Position numbers and translations under genes: made by a program. A stretch of DNA of 64,000 bases from Alphaproteobacteria bacterium (lineage in GTDB: Bacteria; Pseudomonadota; Alphaproteobacteria; Bin95): contig OZ219787.1 of the NCBI GenBank assembly GCA_964291285.2, positions 416,001 to 480,000 of the forward strand, read 5' to 3'. Of this stretch, positions 40,408 to 51,182 are shown piece after piece. A model generated the notes under the pieces. It worked only from the letters and a program-made list of their open reading frames with translations, did no database searches and had not been told where the DNA came from. Each line of letters opens with the position of its first letter. Position 1 is the stretch's first letter.

Positions 40408-42792
40408 CTACCGGACCTGGCGCAGGAACTCGGGGATCTCCGTCGGGTGGGCGGCATGCCCGTTGACCGGACCGGTCGCCCCGATGTCGTCCGGCCCGTT
40501 CGCGGCGACCGTGCCGGGATCAATCTCCCCGGCATCGCCCGGATCGGTCTCAGGAGCGGTATCGCCCGCGTCGGCGGCGCCGTTGCCGGCCTCCGCCGCT
40601 GCGCCTTTCGGGGATTCCGGTTCGGCAGCGGTCTGCGTCGCATGACCGTTGCCGGCCGGCGCCGTTGGACCGGTTCCGGAGGTCGCTTCGGCGGGTTCCG
40701 GGGTTGCGGCGGCGTCCGTCGCCGCATCCCCGGCGCCGCCGACCGTGCGCCCGGTGTCGAACGCGGTGAAGCCGGGCGGCGTCCAGGCGAGCGCGGCGGC
40801 GTGCATCGCGGCGCTCACCCCGACCGGCGGGTCGCCGGCGGCGAAGGCGGCATCCATCGCCTCGGCGAGCGCGGGCTTCCTGTATTTCGACCGCGCCGAG
40901 GCCCAGTTGATGCCGAACACCGTGCGGGCGATGTCGAGGATGCGGCTCTTTGCGATACGCGACCACAGCATCGCCGCCGTCGGGCGGACATGCTGCGCGA
41001 AGTCGATGCCGAGCCGGGCCACCGTGGCTTCGAGCTCCGGCCGCGCCTGCGGCTCGAAGGCGAGCTGGCCCTTCGCCGTGCGCGCAACGCAGGCCGCGAA
41101 CAGCGCCTCCTTCTCCGCCTCGGACAGCGCCCGGAGCGCCGCGAAGGATCCGCCGTCGTCCTCGATGGTCAGCCAGTCGAGCGACAGGTGCGAGCGGTCT
41201 GCCAGCATGGCCTCGCCCGGCGACCAGGCCGCGAAACCGGCATCGTTCATGCGGGTCATGGGCCTGTCGGGGGTTTCCCTGACCGCGATGTCGAGGGCGT
41301 GGCCGTGACGGCCCGGCGCGAACACGGCGCGGCCCATCCGGAACAGCGCGAGGTCGAAGGCGGCCTCGAAGTCGCCGGCGAGATGCGCCTTGACCAGCGC
41401 GGTGCGGATCGCGCGCAGGTCGTCGGCGAGCCCGACGCCGACGCCCGCCTCCCTGCGCGCCTCGGATTCGGGGTCCTTCGGCGGCGCCATGGGCGTCGAG
41501 ACGCACGGGCCGGTGGTGTGAACGCCGTGACCGGCGGTGTGGGCATGGGCATCTTGCGCGGCGGCGTGCGCGTCGTGGCCGTTGCCGGCGGCGCCGGTTT
41601 CCGCCGGCATGTCCTCGGGCTTCACCAGGCCCTGGATGACCTGCATCGCGCCGTCATGGCCGACGGTGACGATGCAGCCGGCGATCGCGAAGTCCTCGCG
41701 CCGGAACACCGCGCGCGCCTCGACGGCGGCCTCGATCCCGTCGATCCGGGCCTCGACGGCCTCCGCTTCGGCGGCCAGTTCCTCGGTCCACTCGTCGTCA
41801 TCGAGATTGACGAGTTCGTCGTGGCGGGTCGTCAGCTTGTCGATCTCGGCCCGCTCCGCGTCGGTCGGCGTACCGGGCCGGGGCTCGATGCGCCCGTAAC
41901 GGGCGGTGTCGCTCCAGTCGACCTCGACCATGGGGACAGCCCACTTCCAGCGCGTCGCCAGCTCGTCGGCGGCGGCCCGGAGCTTCTCCGCCGCGAGCTT
42001 TTCCAGCAGCACCGGGTCCTCGAACCAGACGCCGTGCTCGTATTCGTCGGCGAACAGGTCGCGCATGACCTGGCCGCCCGCGGCCTCGTAGGCATCGACC
42101 CCGACGAAGCGGGCCACGGCCGAGGCGCCCGGCACGCGCTCTTCGGTCAGCAGGCGCTTCACCTGCCAAGCCGACGGGCGGGCGGCCTGTCCGGAGAGTT
42201 GTTCCCATACCGTCATCTGGCGCGCGCGGTCGGCGGTGACGGCGAAGGCCTTGAGCACTTCGAGGTCGATCCCGCCGGCCCGGTAGGCGTCCAGAAGCTC
42301 GGGCGCGGCGTTGCCGAGGCGCAGGCGCTGCTCGACGGTGCGCTCGGAGGCGCCGAACCGCGCCGCGATGGCGGCAACCGGCTGGCCGGCGTCGGCCAGC
42401 TTCGTGAACGCGACCACCTGGTCGGCCGGGTGCATGGCGATGCGGACCACGTTCTCGGCGAGCGAGAGTTCGGCCGGCTCGGCGTCGCCGGTCCTGACCA
42501 GGCAGGGCACCGGGTGGTCGGCGTCGAGCGCCTTGTCCCCGACGAGCGCCTGCATGGCCTTGAGGCGGCGCCCGCCGGCGACCACGGCATAGCGCCCGAT
42601 GCCGTCCGAACCGGGCTCCTCGGGCCGGACGACGAGGTTCTCCAGCAGGCCGAGGGCGGCGATCGAGGCCTTGAGCTCGGCGTCGGCCCGGGCATCGGGC
42701 GGGGTCTTGCGGACATTCTCGGGGGCGAGGCCGAGCCGGGCGAGCGGGATGTCCCGGATCAGCGGCGCGGCCCCGGGGGCGATGAAGTTCAT
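40408..42792 (-). CDS. Long ParB-family protein of conjugative elements
   Basis: NVRK, GLLENLVV, VVAGGRRL, SLAENVVR and HTH (IAARFG) motifs; start trimmed from the 1114-aa ORF. Confidence 0.92.
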   Translation of the reverse strand: MNFIAPGAAPLIRDIPLARLGLAPENVRKTPPDARADAELKASIAALGLLENLVVRPEEPGSDGIGRYAVVAGGRRLKAMQALVGDKALDADHPVPCLVRTGDAEPAELSLAENVVRIAMHPADQVVAFTKLADAGQPVAAIAARFGASERTVEQRLRLGNAAPELLDAYRAGGIDLEVLKAFAVTADRARQMTVWEQLSGQAARPSAWQVKRLLTEERVPGASAVARFVGVDAYEAAGGQVMRDLFADEYEHGVWFEDPVLLEKLAAEKLRAAADELATRWKWAVPMVEVDWSDTARYGRIEPRPGTPTDAERAEIDKLTTRHDELVNLDDDEWTEELAAEAEAVEARIDGIEAAVEARAVFRREDFAIAGCIVTVGHDGAMQVIQGLVKPEDMPAETGAAGNGHDAHAAAQDAHAHTAGHGVHTTGPCVSTPMAPPKDPESEARREAGVGVGLADDLRAIRTALVKAHLAGDFEAAFDLALFRMGRAVFAPGRHGHALDIAVRETPDRPMTRMNDAGFAAWSPGEAMLADRSHLSLDWLTIEDDGGSFAALRALSEAEKEALFAACVARTAKGQLAFEPQARPELEATVARLGIDFAQHVRPTAAMLWSRIAKSRILDIARTVFGINWASARSKYRKPALAEAMDAAFAAGDPPVGVSAAMHAAALAWTPPGFTAFDTGRTVGGAGDAATDAAATPEPAEATSGTGPTAPAGNGHATQTAAEPESPKGAAAEAGNGAADAGDTAPETDPGDAGEIDPGTVAANGPDDIGATGPVNGHAAHPTEIPEFLRQVR

Positions 42793-43124
42793 GCCAGTCT
42801 CCATGGAGGGTTGCGGACGGTCGGCGCGGGCGGCCCACTCCGGCTGCCCCGCGCCTGCCCGGACCGCCGCCCCGCTCCGGCTCCGGGCGGTGCGGTCCGG
42901 CGGGCGCCGGCGCCGGATACGGGCCGACGGCGCGGTGCGGCGGTATCGGAAACGGCGGCAGACGGCGCGCGGCCGGAAGTGGTCCGGCCGGCGCTGCTGC
43001 GGGCGGGGAGCGGCGGTCAGCCCCGCGTCACGGGGTCGGATGCGCAGGCGGCCGGCAGCGCCGGGGGCCGCCGGCAGACGAAGGCGCCGTGGAGGGTCGG
43101 GAAGCGGCGCGCCGCCGTCGGAGG

Positions 43125-44438
43125 TCAGGCGGCGATGTCGATGCGCTCGCCCCAGGGCGCGGGTCGCCGCCACGGGCTGTCCCCGTGGTCGCACCACAGC
43201 ACCGGGAACGATGGTTCCGTCTCCGGATAGCGGGAGCATTCCATGTCGGTGAAGTAGAGGCACACGCCCGGCTGTATCCCCTGCTCGTCGAGCCATGCGA
43301 AGCCCGGGCGGAAGTCGGTGCCGCCCCGGCCCCTGACGGCGATCTCGCCGGGAAGCTCGTCCGGCGCGTATTCCGCCGCGTCCTGCACCGCTGCATCGAC
43401 CTGGAGCACGACGACGCGCCCGGGCCGGATGTCTGCCGCGACCTCGCGCAGTTCGGCCCAGAACGCGGCCAGCGTCTCCGCCGGCAGCGAGCCGGAGGTG
43501 TCGACGATGACGGCGATCGTATCCATGCCCTCGGAACGGATCGAGGGGAGATAGAGGCCGGAGTCGATGAAGCGCCGGTTGGGGACGCTCCAGCTGTAGT
43601 CGCTCTTCGCCGCGTCGGTCATGTGGCGGCGCAGCAGCGAGCGCCAGTCGAGCGCGCCCGCATGGGCGCCGCGGACGGTTTCCTCGACCGCGCCGGGCAA
43701 CCGGCCTTCGGCCCTGGCGAGACCGAGCGCCTGGTGCATGGCCTCGTCCCATGCCTGTTCCTCCCGCGTCATGTTGCCCGGCGAAGGCGCGGCGTCCCCG
43801 GCGCCGCCCGCCGGCGCGTCCATGACCTCGCCGGTGCCCGACGGATCGCAGCTTGCGTCGCCGCCGTTGCCATTGCTCGGCGCCTCCGCCGTGCCGTCGT
43901 CTCTCCCGGCATCGCCGTTACCGGATTGCTCGCCGTCATCGCCCCCGTCGGCCGTTGGAGCTTCGGCTCCATCGGTGCTCGAACCTCCTCCGGCGTCCGG
44001 CGGATTGCCGCCGCCGGATCCATCTTCGTCCGACTCCGGCAATTGCTCGTATGCTTCCTCGACGCTGATCCCGTCCCATGCCTCCGCGTCGGGCGGCAGG
44101 GTGAAGCCGGCATCGCGCAGCAGGCCGTGGGTGACGAGCTGCGAGGCCAGCTGCCAGCGCTCCGGTTCGCGTTCGCCCCGGCGCGTGTGGTGCTTCAGCG
44201 CACAGGCCAGCACCACCCGGGCGATCGCGGTCTCGATAAGGTGCGCCCCGGTCTCCGCGACCCATTGCGGCGAATAGCGGATCTCCCGCCCGTCGCTCGC
44301 CAGCGTCTTGCGGCCGGTGTCGGCGCGGACCGGCAGGCGGAGCGCCAGGCTGCCGAAGAAGGGCTGCTCCCGCAGCAGCGCGGTCACGCAGCGGCTCACC
44401 CGCTGCGCCGACTCCGGGCAAGGGCGGGCGCCCATCAC
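43125..44438 (-). CDS. DUF2201-type metallopeptidase-like / vWA domain protein
   Basis: PFFGSLAL, ASDG, VDTSGS (MIDAS) and GRGGTDFRPGF motifs. Confidence 0.88.
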   Translation of the reverse strand: MMGARPCPESAQRVSRCVTALLREQPFFGSLALRLPVRADTGRKTLASDGREIRYSPQWVAETGAHLIETAIARVVLACALKHHTRRGEREPERWQLASQLVTHGLLRDAGFTLPPDAEAWDGISVEEAYEQLPESDEDGSGGGNPPDAGGGSSTDGAEAPTADGGDDGEQSGNGDAGRDDGTAEAPSNGNGGDASCDPSGTGEVMDAPAGGAGDAAPSPGNMTREEQAWDEAMHQALGLARAEGRLPGAVEETVRGAHAGALDWRSLLRRHMTDAAKSDYSWSVPNRRFIDSGLYLPSIRSEGMDTIAVIVDTSGSLPAETLAAFWAELREVAADIRPGRVVVLQVDAAVQDAAEYAPDELPGEIAVRGRGGTDFRPGFAWLDEQGIQPGVCLYFTDMECSRYPETEPSFPVLWCDHGDSPWRRPAPWGERIDIAA

Positions 44439-45334
44439 GCGGCCTCCCGCGCCGGGGAGACCTCCGCCGCGAAATATCCCGCGAACCTCTCCGCCAGCGC
44501 ATCCGCGTCGCGCTTCACCCGCGCGCGGGCGACCGGATCGAAGTTCCGGGACGGCCTGAGCGCGTCCGGCTCGACGGCGGCGATCTTCTCCTTCACCTGC
44601 CCGCAGAGCCGGGCGAGTTCGTCGTCGCCGAAGATATTCAGCCGCGGCACGATGTCGACAAGGTCGCGGATGTTGCCGATCATCGAGTCCCGGAACACCA
44701 GCGGCTTGCCCTCGCCGTCCTCCCGCAGGCGTTCGGAGACCCGCTCCACGGCCTCGCCCAGGCGCCGGTAGAGGTCGCCCACCGCACCGTGCAGCCGTTC
44801 CTCCACCTGGCTCTCGATGTCGCGCTTCACCCGGTCGGCGTCGTCGGAGGCGAGCTTCGCCATGAAATGGTCGGCGTCGGGCACCGGGACGATCCGCCAG
44901 CGCAGGCCGAACCTGTCCCGGAGGTCTTCCTTCGAGGGATAGTCCCCGATGCGGAACAGCTTGCCGAGGTCGAGCCGGGCCTTTTCGATATTGTCGTCAT
45001 AGTCCTCGATGAAGCGGGCGCGCTCGCGCACCATGCGCTCGCGCAAGCCGTCCATCAGCCCGGTGTAGCGCTCGTGGTTGGCGACGGGGAGCAGCCGGCA
45101 TCCCCGGTCGTCCCAAGGCAGGGTCTGGGCGTCATGGGCCGCGCGCGCCGCGCTGACGGTGGCATTGAGCGCGGCGAAGGCGGCCCTTGGCAGCAGGCAC
45201 TTGTTGTAGCGCCCGGCGGTGACGCTCGCCTCGTGGTGGACGGCGACATGGGTGCTGGCCTGCCGGTCATGGAGCCGGCCCGACCAGGCGGCGATGCGCA
45301 GGCTGACCAGCATGGCGTCGTGGCTGAGGTTCAT
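44435..45334 (-). CDS. Conserved helical hypothetical protein (DUF3150-like)
   Basis: TLPW...RLLP and YPS...LRDRF motifs; sits between the AAA and vWA genes. Confidence 0.7.
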   Translation of the reverse strand: MNLSHDAMLVSLRIAAWSGRLHDRQASTHVAVHHEASVTAGRYNKCLLPRAAFAALNATVSAARAAHDAQTLPWDDRGCRLLPVANHERYTGLMDGLRERMVRERARFIEDYDDNIEKARLDLGKLFRIGDYPSKEDLRDRFGLRWRIVPVPDADHFMAKLASDDADRVKRDIESQVEERLHGAVGDLYRRLGEAVERVSERLREDGEGKPLVFRDSMIGNIRDLVDIVPRLNIFGDDELARLCGQVKEKIAAVEPDALRPSRNFDPVARARVKRDADALAERFAGYFAAEVSPAREAA

Positions 45335-45356
45335 GGGTGTTCTCCTGAAGGGGCGG

Positions 45357-46364
45357 TCATTGCGTGCGCGCGGCGGCCCAGCGGATGAAGGCGGGCGAGT
45401 GCTGGAGGGCGGGGTCGCGCCGGATGCAGGACCCGACCAGGAACTCGCCGACCTCGCGGCGCAGCCGCCCGGCATAGGTGACGATGGCGTCGAGCGTGAT
45501 GTCGTCGGCCATGCGGTAGAGCGCGATCAGGGCGCTGGCGTTGTCCGGCACGACCGCGTTCCCGGGATCGTCCAGCACGGCCCGGGGATGGGGCAGTTCG
45601 CGCCACACCTTCAGGAAGGCCGAGAACTCGACCGCCGCCGCCTCGCCCACCGTGCCCCGGAACAGCGCCCGCTCGACCGAGGGGTCGGGACCGGCGCGCC
45701 GGTTGACGATGCCGGAGACCATCTCCCAGGTCCGGGGGCAGCAGAACGCCTTCTCCTTCGCCTGCGGATCGAAGCTGTGCAGCAGGTCCGGGCGCATCCG
45801 GATGTAGAACAGCACCTCGGGTGCGATGCCGTTGGCCGCCCCCCAGGCAAGCCAGTCTTCCGCGTCCACCCGGACCTCCAGATGGACGAAGCGGGAGGCC
45901 AGCGGCGTCGGCATCCGGTGGACCACGCCGCGGTCGCTCTCGCGGTTGCCGCAGGCGATCAGCGAGGCGCCCCCGGGCAGCTCGTATTCGCCCACCTTGC
46001 GGTCGAGCACCAGCTGGTAGAGCGCCGCCTGCACCATCGGCACGGCGGACGGCAGTTCCTCCAGGTTGACGAGCCAGCGGCCGGGGTCGTCCGCCGGCGG
46101 CAGAAAGGCCGGCGGCGCCCAGCGGGTGCGCCCGTCGGCATCGCGCCACGGAATGCCGCGCAGGTCCACCGGGTCGAGCAGCAACGCGCGCACGTCGACA
46201 TAGCGGCGCGAACCCTCGGCGGCGGCCTGCTGCGCGAGCGCGCTCTTGGCGCAGCCCGGCGCGCCCCACAGGATGCAGGGCTGGCGGGCCTCGACCAGCA
46301 GCGCCAGGGTCGGCGCAAGCTCGCTCGGACGCAGCGTGTAGTCGGCGGAAACGGTGTCGGTCAT
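45357..46364 (-). CDS. MoxR-like AAA+ ATPase
   Basis: Walker A GAPGCAKS, Walker B LVNLEEL, ACGN, LASRF and PRTWE motifs. Confidence 0.9.
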   Translation of the reverse strand: MTDTVSADYTLRPSELAPTLALLVEARQPCILWGAPGCAKSALAQQAAAEGSRRYVDVRALLLDPVDLRGIPWRDADGRTRWAPPAFLPPADDPGRWLVNLEELPSAVPMVQAALYQLVLDRKVGEYELPGGASLIACGNRESDRGVVHRMPTPLASRFVHLEVRVDAEDWLAWGAANGIAPEVLFYIRMRPDLLHSFDPQAKEKAFCCPRTWEMVSGIVNRRAGPDPSVERALFRGTVGEAAAVEFSAFLKVWRELPHPRAVLDDPGNAVVPDNASALIALYRMADDITLDAIVTYAGRLRREVGEFLVGSCIRRDPALQHSPAFIRWAAARTQ

Positions 46365-46569
46365 CGGCGGCCTCCGGAATGGCGGAAATGCGGCGCGGGC
46401 TCCCTCCGGGCGCCCGGCCGTTCACCCGAACCTCCGCGGCCCTTTCCTCATCGTGCCGGGGAAGCTTGTGCCGGCGCGCCGCACGGGGGGCCGGCGCAGG
46501 GCGGCAGTGTGCGGTCAGGCGCCGACCGGGTCCGCCAGGGTCTTCGAGGTCGCCGCCGCCAGCCAGGGA

Positions 46570-46790
46570 AACGCCGGTCAGTACCGGAAGCGGCCTGCCC
46601 GTAGGCGACAGCGTGTGGCCGCTGCGTTCGGTCCGCGCATGGCGCCGGTTAAAGACCGGGCGGAACCCGGCCGCCGTCCGCCGGTCCCCGGGCGACGGGA
46701 AAATGCAGAATGAGCAGCTGCACCGCGACAGATGGCGGTAGATCCGGTGTGGCAACTGGCCGGCGTTCCGGATGACGCGGAACACGTCGT
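46570..46790 (-). pseudogene. C-terminal remnant of a PAPS-reductase-family gene
   Basis: DVFRVIRNAGQLPH...SRCSCSFCI...GHTLSP...LPVLTG; no recognisable N-terminal part. Confidence 0.6.
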
Positions 46791-46832
46791 TTGCAGGATT
46801 CTGTCGGCTTGTCCCTGCATCCAGCCTCGTTA

Positions 46833-47999
46833 TACCAGCGGGCATAGTTCAGAACCCATTGGCCCATTTTCGGGTTCCGATGGAGGCGATGCGTTCTGGT
46901 TGTGAGACGAGATTGTTCCAGGCCTGGCAGCAGTGATCGAGTATGTCGTCGTAGTTCTGGAAGACGCGGTTCGAGAGCCAATTTTCGCGCATGAACTGCC
47001 AGACATTCTCGACGGGATTGAGTTCGGGGGACCGGGGCGGGAGCGGCATCAGGGTTATGTTGTCGGGGACTTTGAGGGCCGGGGATGTGTGCCATCCGGC
47101 CCGGTCGAGCATGACGAGGGCATGGGCTCCGGGTTCAACGGTGAGGGCGACCTCGGCGAGGTGGGCGTTGAGTGCCTCCGTGTTGGCGTGGGGCATGACG
47201 AGGCCGGCGGCCTTGCCCTTCTGCGGGCATATGGCGCCGAAGATGTAGGCCGAGATGGTTCTCTGGTCCTTGGGCGCTGACGGTCGGGTGCCGCGTTTAG
47301 CCCATCGCCGGGTGATCTTGTTCTTCTGCCCGACGCGCGCCTCGTCCTGCCACCAGACTTCGACCTCGACGCCGTCGCCGAGTGCAGCGCGGATCTCCTT
47401 CAGGCGGTCGGGGAAGTTTTTTTGAACCCTGCCAGCGCGGCTTCGTCCTGGGCATAGTGGCGCGGGCGCGCAGAGAGCCTGGCGTAGCCCATCCGGCGCA
47501 ACTCCCGCCCGACCGTCGTCTCCGCCAACGAGATGCCGAACTGCTCGCTGAGCCATGCCGCCAGGTCGCAGCGCCGCCACCGCACCACGCCGTGGATCGC
47601 CGGGTCCGGACCGCTCTCCACAACCGCCGCCAGCGCCGCGCGCTGCTCCCCGTTCAACTTGCGCGGCGGACCTGAGGCCTTGCGATCCTTCAATCCCTCC
47701 GGGCCTTCCGCGTTGAAGCGAAGAACCCAGTCCCGGATGATCTGCAAGCCCACCCCCGCAAAACGCGCCGCATCCGAACGACGGTAACCGTCGTAAATCA
47801 CCGCAAGCGCAAGAAGGCGACGGTTCTGCGAACCATCCCGGCTCCGCTGCGCCAAGCCGCGCAACTGCGCCGCATCAAAATCCTCCCTCAAGGGGATTGC
47901 TGCCCTCATAACGACCCTCCAATCGCAGAATCGCTATTGAGTCAGAACTCGATAACCTTGGGAATCCCCTCAATGAGTCTCAACCCTCAACCGCTGGTA
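46833..47999 (-). mobile_element. IS630-family element
   Basis: IRs TACCAGCGG / CCGCTGGTA flanked by a TTA duplication. Confidence 0.9.
46849..47909 (-). CDS. IS630 transposase, two ORFs joined by a -1 frameshift
   Basis: HTH ORF 47400..47909 and DDE ORF (WQDEAR, LDRAGWH, PELNPVE); A7 slippery run near 47417..47423. Confidence 0.92.
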
Positions 48000-48234
48000 T
48001 TACGGCCCAGTCGTGGGAATCGCCTGATCCCGCCGCGACAGATGCGATGCACCTGGACACCCTGACGGACGAATCCACGCTCAAGCGGAGGGGTCTTCTC
48101 CCCCGCGACCCCAGGAGCACCGGGATCACCGTCGAGCACAGGACCATAGGAGCACCGGGAACACTACGATCCCGTGGCAATCCCTTGATCTCCGGCCATT
48201 ATTTCCGACTGCGCATTCCAATTCATATCTTGGA

Positions 48235-48264
48235 TTGACACTATATTTTTCTGATTCATATATC
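48235..48264 (+). promoter_or_regulatory. Candidate sigma-70 promoter of the three-gene operon
   Basis: TTGACA-N17-ATATAT inside the most AT-rich tract of the island. Confidence 0.55.
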
Positions 48265-48504
48265 AAATCGATCTAATAAAACCTCCGGCCGGAAAACCTA
48301 TTTAGTATTAAGTCCTTGATTTACTGTGTTTTTCTATTATGTTTTCCAGCAACGGACATTTGCAGCGGATGTGTCGATTCCAAACGGCCTATTCCGGTGC
48401 GCGGCACGGAGCGGAGCGAAGCACGTGCGGGCAAGATTGTTCCGCAGGGCCGGGCGTCCACACCCCGGCCCGATCTTTCGGCCAAACGCCAAGAGGAGCA
48501 AGAC

Positions 48505-49086
48505 ATGGCGACGGAAAGCAAGAAACGCCTCAGCAAGATCGCCCGCCAGAAGCTGCGCATGCGCGATACGCTGTGGCCCGAACTTGACGAGGCGCGATTG
48601 TGGTCGCGCGAGCGGTCGGACGGCTGGCTCAGCATGCCACGGCCGATGCCGCTGCTCATGAAGGTCATGGACAGCCTGTCCAAGGGTAAGCCGGTTTCCT
48701 CGACCTATCTCGACCTCTGGTGCCGGACTTACGACGACTCCTTCGTTATCGCCAACAAGGACCGCGAGATGGCGTACTTCTCAGGGTTCAGCGGCGAGCG
48801 GGCCGTACGCACTTGGACAATGCGCATGCGAACCCTCAATGACCTCGGCTTTATCGATATCAAGAGCGGACCGAACGGGCCGATCAGCTACGTCCTGATT
48901 TTCAACCCCTACCTCGTCGTGCGCCAACTCTATGAAGCCGGCCAAATCAACGAAACCTTCTTCAACTCCCTCGCCCAGCGGATGATCGAGATCGGCGCTC
49001 ACGACCTCAGCGACCCGCCTGACGAGGAAGAGGCGAAACCCCCATCCGTCCGACGCCGTCGCCGCGCCGGAAAGGCAACAGCATGA
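48505..49086 (+). CDS. Hypothetical protein, winged-helix-like
   Basis: GAGGAG ribosome-binding site; EMAYFSGFSG-RAVRTW...LNDLGFI resembles an HTH plus wing. Confidence 0.75.
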   Translation: MATESKKRLSKIARQKLRMRDTLWPELDEARLWSRERSDGWLSMPRPMPLLMKVMDSLSKGKPVSSTYLDLWCRTYDDSFVIANKDREMAYFSGFSGERAVRTWTMRMRTLNDLGFIDIKSGPNGPISYVLIFNPYLVVRQLYEAGQINETFFNSLAQRMIEIGAHDLSDPPDEEEAKPPSVRRRRRAGKATA

Positions 49087-49349
49087 GCACAGAAAACAAG
49101 GAATCGAGCGCCGAAACGGATGACGACAATCCGGCCGACGCGACCAATGGTGGAGAACCTGCCACGCCGCAGACCAACTTTGACCGGCTGATCGCGCATC
49201 TGCCCGAGGACAGCCTCGCCGCGAAACTCGTGACCGCCTACGCGGCGTCAGGCGAGGCAGCACCCGCCGATGCCATCGCAGAGGTCGCCGCAAACCGTCT
49301 CGATGAACTGAAGCAGAGCCATGACAACACTGAAGATCAACAAGATTGA
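49083..49349 (+). CDS. Small acidic hypothetical protein
   Basis: ATGA overlap with the upstream gene; also overlaps the downstream ATPase start. Confidence 0.7.
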   Translation: MSTENKESSAETDDDNPADATNGGEPATPQTNFDRLIAHLPEDSLAAKLVTAYAASGEAAPADAIAEVAANRLDELKQSHDNTEDQQD

Positions 49350-49965
49350 GATGCAGGGCTTCCGGGCTTTCGGCCGGAAGGCACAGACGCTGTCCTTCGG
49401 CTCGTCACTGGCCGCCATCTGGGCACCGAACAGCCAGGGCAAGACCAGCCTTGCCGAGGCGTTCGAGTTCCTGCTGACCGGACAGATCGTCCGTCGCCAG
49501 CTCTTGGCCAGCACCCAGGACGAATTCGCTGACGCCCTGCGCAACGCCCATATGCCAGCCGCCATACCCACATACGTCGAGGCGGAGATCACCGGCATTG
49601 ACGGCCGGACGCACAACGTCAGGCGGACACTGATCTCGGACTACGCCAAGCGGAAAGACTGCCAGTCAGCCCTGCAGATCGACGGCGTCGAGGCTAATGA
49701 AAGCGATCTCGCCACCCTCGGCATCGTGCTCTCGCAACCGCCCCTCGCGGCGCCGGTCCTCGCTCAGCACACGCTCGGTTATCTCTTTTCCGCCCGGCCG
49801 CAGGACCGCGCCACGTATTTCAAGAGGATCCTTGAAGTCACGGATCTGGAAGAACTGCGAGGCGCGGTGGCGGGGCTCGACGCCGGGTTCAAGCCCGATG
49901 ACGGCGACCGCCACTTAAGCCGGCTTGCTGCTGCCGCAGCCATCGAGAACGCGGAGCCACTTCTA
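49321..49965 (+). pseudogene. SMC/Rad50-like ABC ATPase, N-terminal part truncated by IS5
   Basis: KINKIEMQGFRAF, Walker A APNSQGKTS and Q-loop VLAQ; the sequence switches to IS at CTAG 49963..49966. Confidence 0.85.
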
Positions 49966-51182
49966 GGTCGTGTACCCATAAGGGGTTTCTTCTTCAGCGC
50001 AGCTGTGATTCAAGCTCCCAACTTCAGGGAACGAGGACATGGGCCGGTACGATCTGACGGACTTCGAATGGCGGGTGATCAAGCCGTTGCTGCCGAACAA
50101 GACCCGTGGGGTGCCGCGGGTTGACGACCGGCGGGTGTTGAACGGCATTCTGTGGGTGCTTCGCGCGGGGGCGCCGTGGCGAGACCTGCCGGAGCACTAC
50201 GGGCCTTGTACGACCTGCTACAACCGGTTCAACCGCTGGCGCAAGAAGGGCATCTGGGATCAGTTGATGGATGCGGTGGTGGAGGCTCACGACGGCAATG
50301 TGCAGATGATCGACAGTTCGAGCGTCCGGGTTCACCAGCATGCGGCGGGATCAAAAAAGGGGGTCCGGATCGTTGCATGGGCCGTTCCCGTGGCGGACTG
50401 ACCACGAAGATCCACGCCGTGTCGGACGTGAGCGGCCTGCCGGTCCGCTATGACCTCAGCCCTGGCCAGGCGCACGACACCACGGCCGCCGGTGCCATGC
50501 TGGCGACCCTGCCGCCCGACAGTTTCCTCATGTAGGTGACGGTCGTAAAAGGCGCTTATTTGCTGGCGTTGCGCGTTTTTGCGGGGCGTGATGATCGCAG
50601 TGATTGTGGTGCGGCGGTGTTTGTGACGGGGGCCTGGGACGGAAGGAGGGCGTAGCCCGACTGGAGTCGCCGGCCCCCGTCGCGTTGATATTTTCGCCTG
50701 CCGAGGGGAGGGTGTCCTGGCGCTGTCGGCGGGGGTCGCCGGGCTGCGCGAGGGGGTAGACTGGGGCTGCTGAGAACGATGCGGCGCCGGCCCCGTTTGC
50801 TAGGTGGCAACGACCGGCGCCGCACCCCCCGAGCCATGCAAGGCACGGCCCGTATGCGCAGTATCGTAGGCGTTCGGGCGTGGGTCCACCCCGTTCTCAT
50901 CGGTCTTTGCGATGAGGAACGCCGCCCGCCTGTTCACCTGCGCTTCGTGCCATCGCCAGGTTGTGCTGTGCCGGCGGTGCGACCACGGCAACATCTACTG
51001 CTCGCGTCCGTGCAGCGGCCGGGCGCGGCGGCGCTCGCTGCGCCTTGCCGGGCGTCGCTACCAGAACAGCCGGCGGGGCCGTCACAAGCATGCCGAACGC
51101 CAGCGGCGCTACCGCGAGCGCCGTCGCGTCCGTGCGCCTGAGGAGGGGCGCCGTGCGCAGAAAGTGACGCATCACCCTTTGA

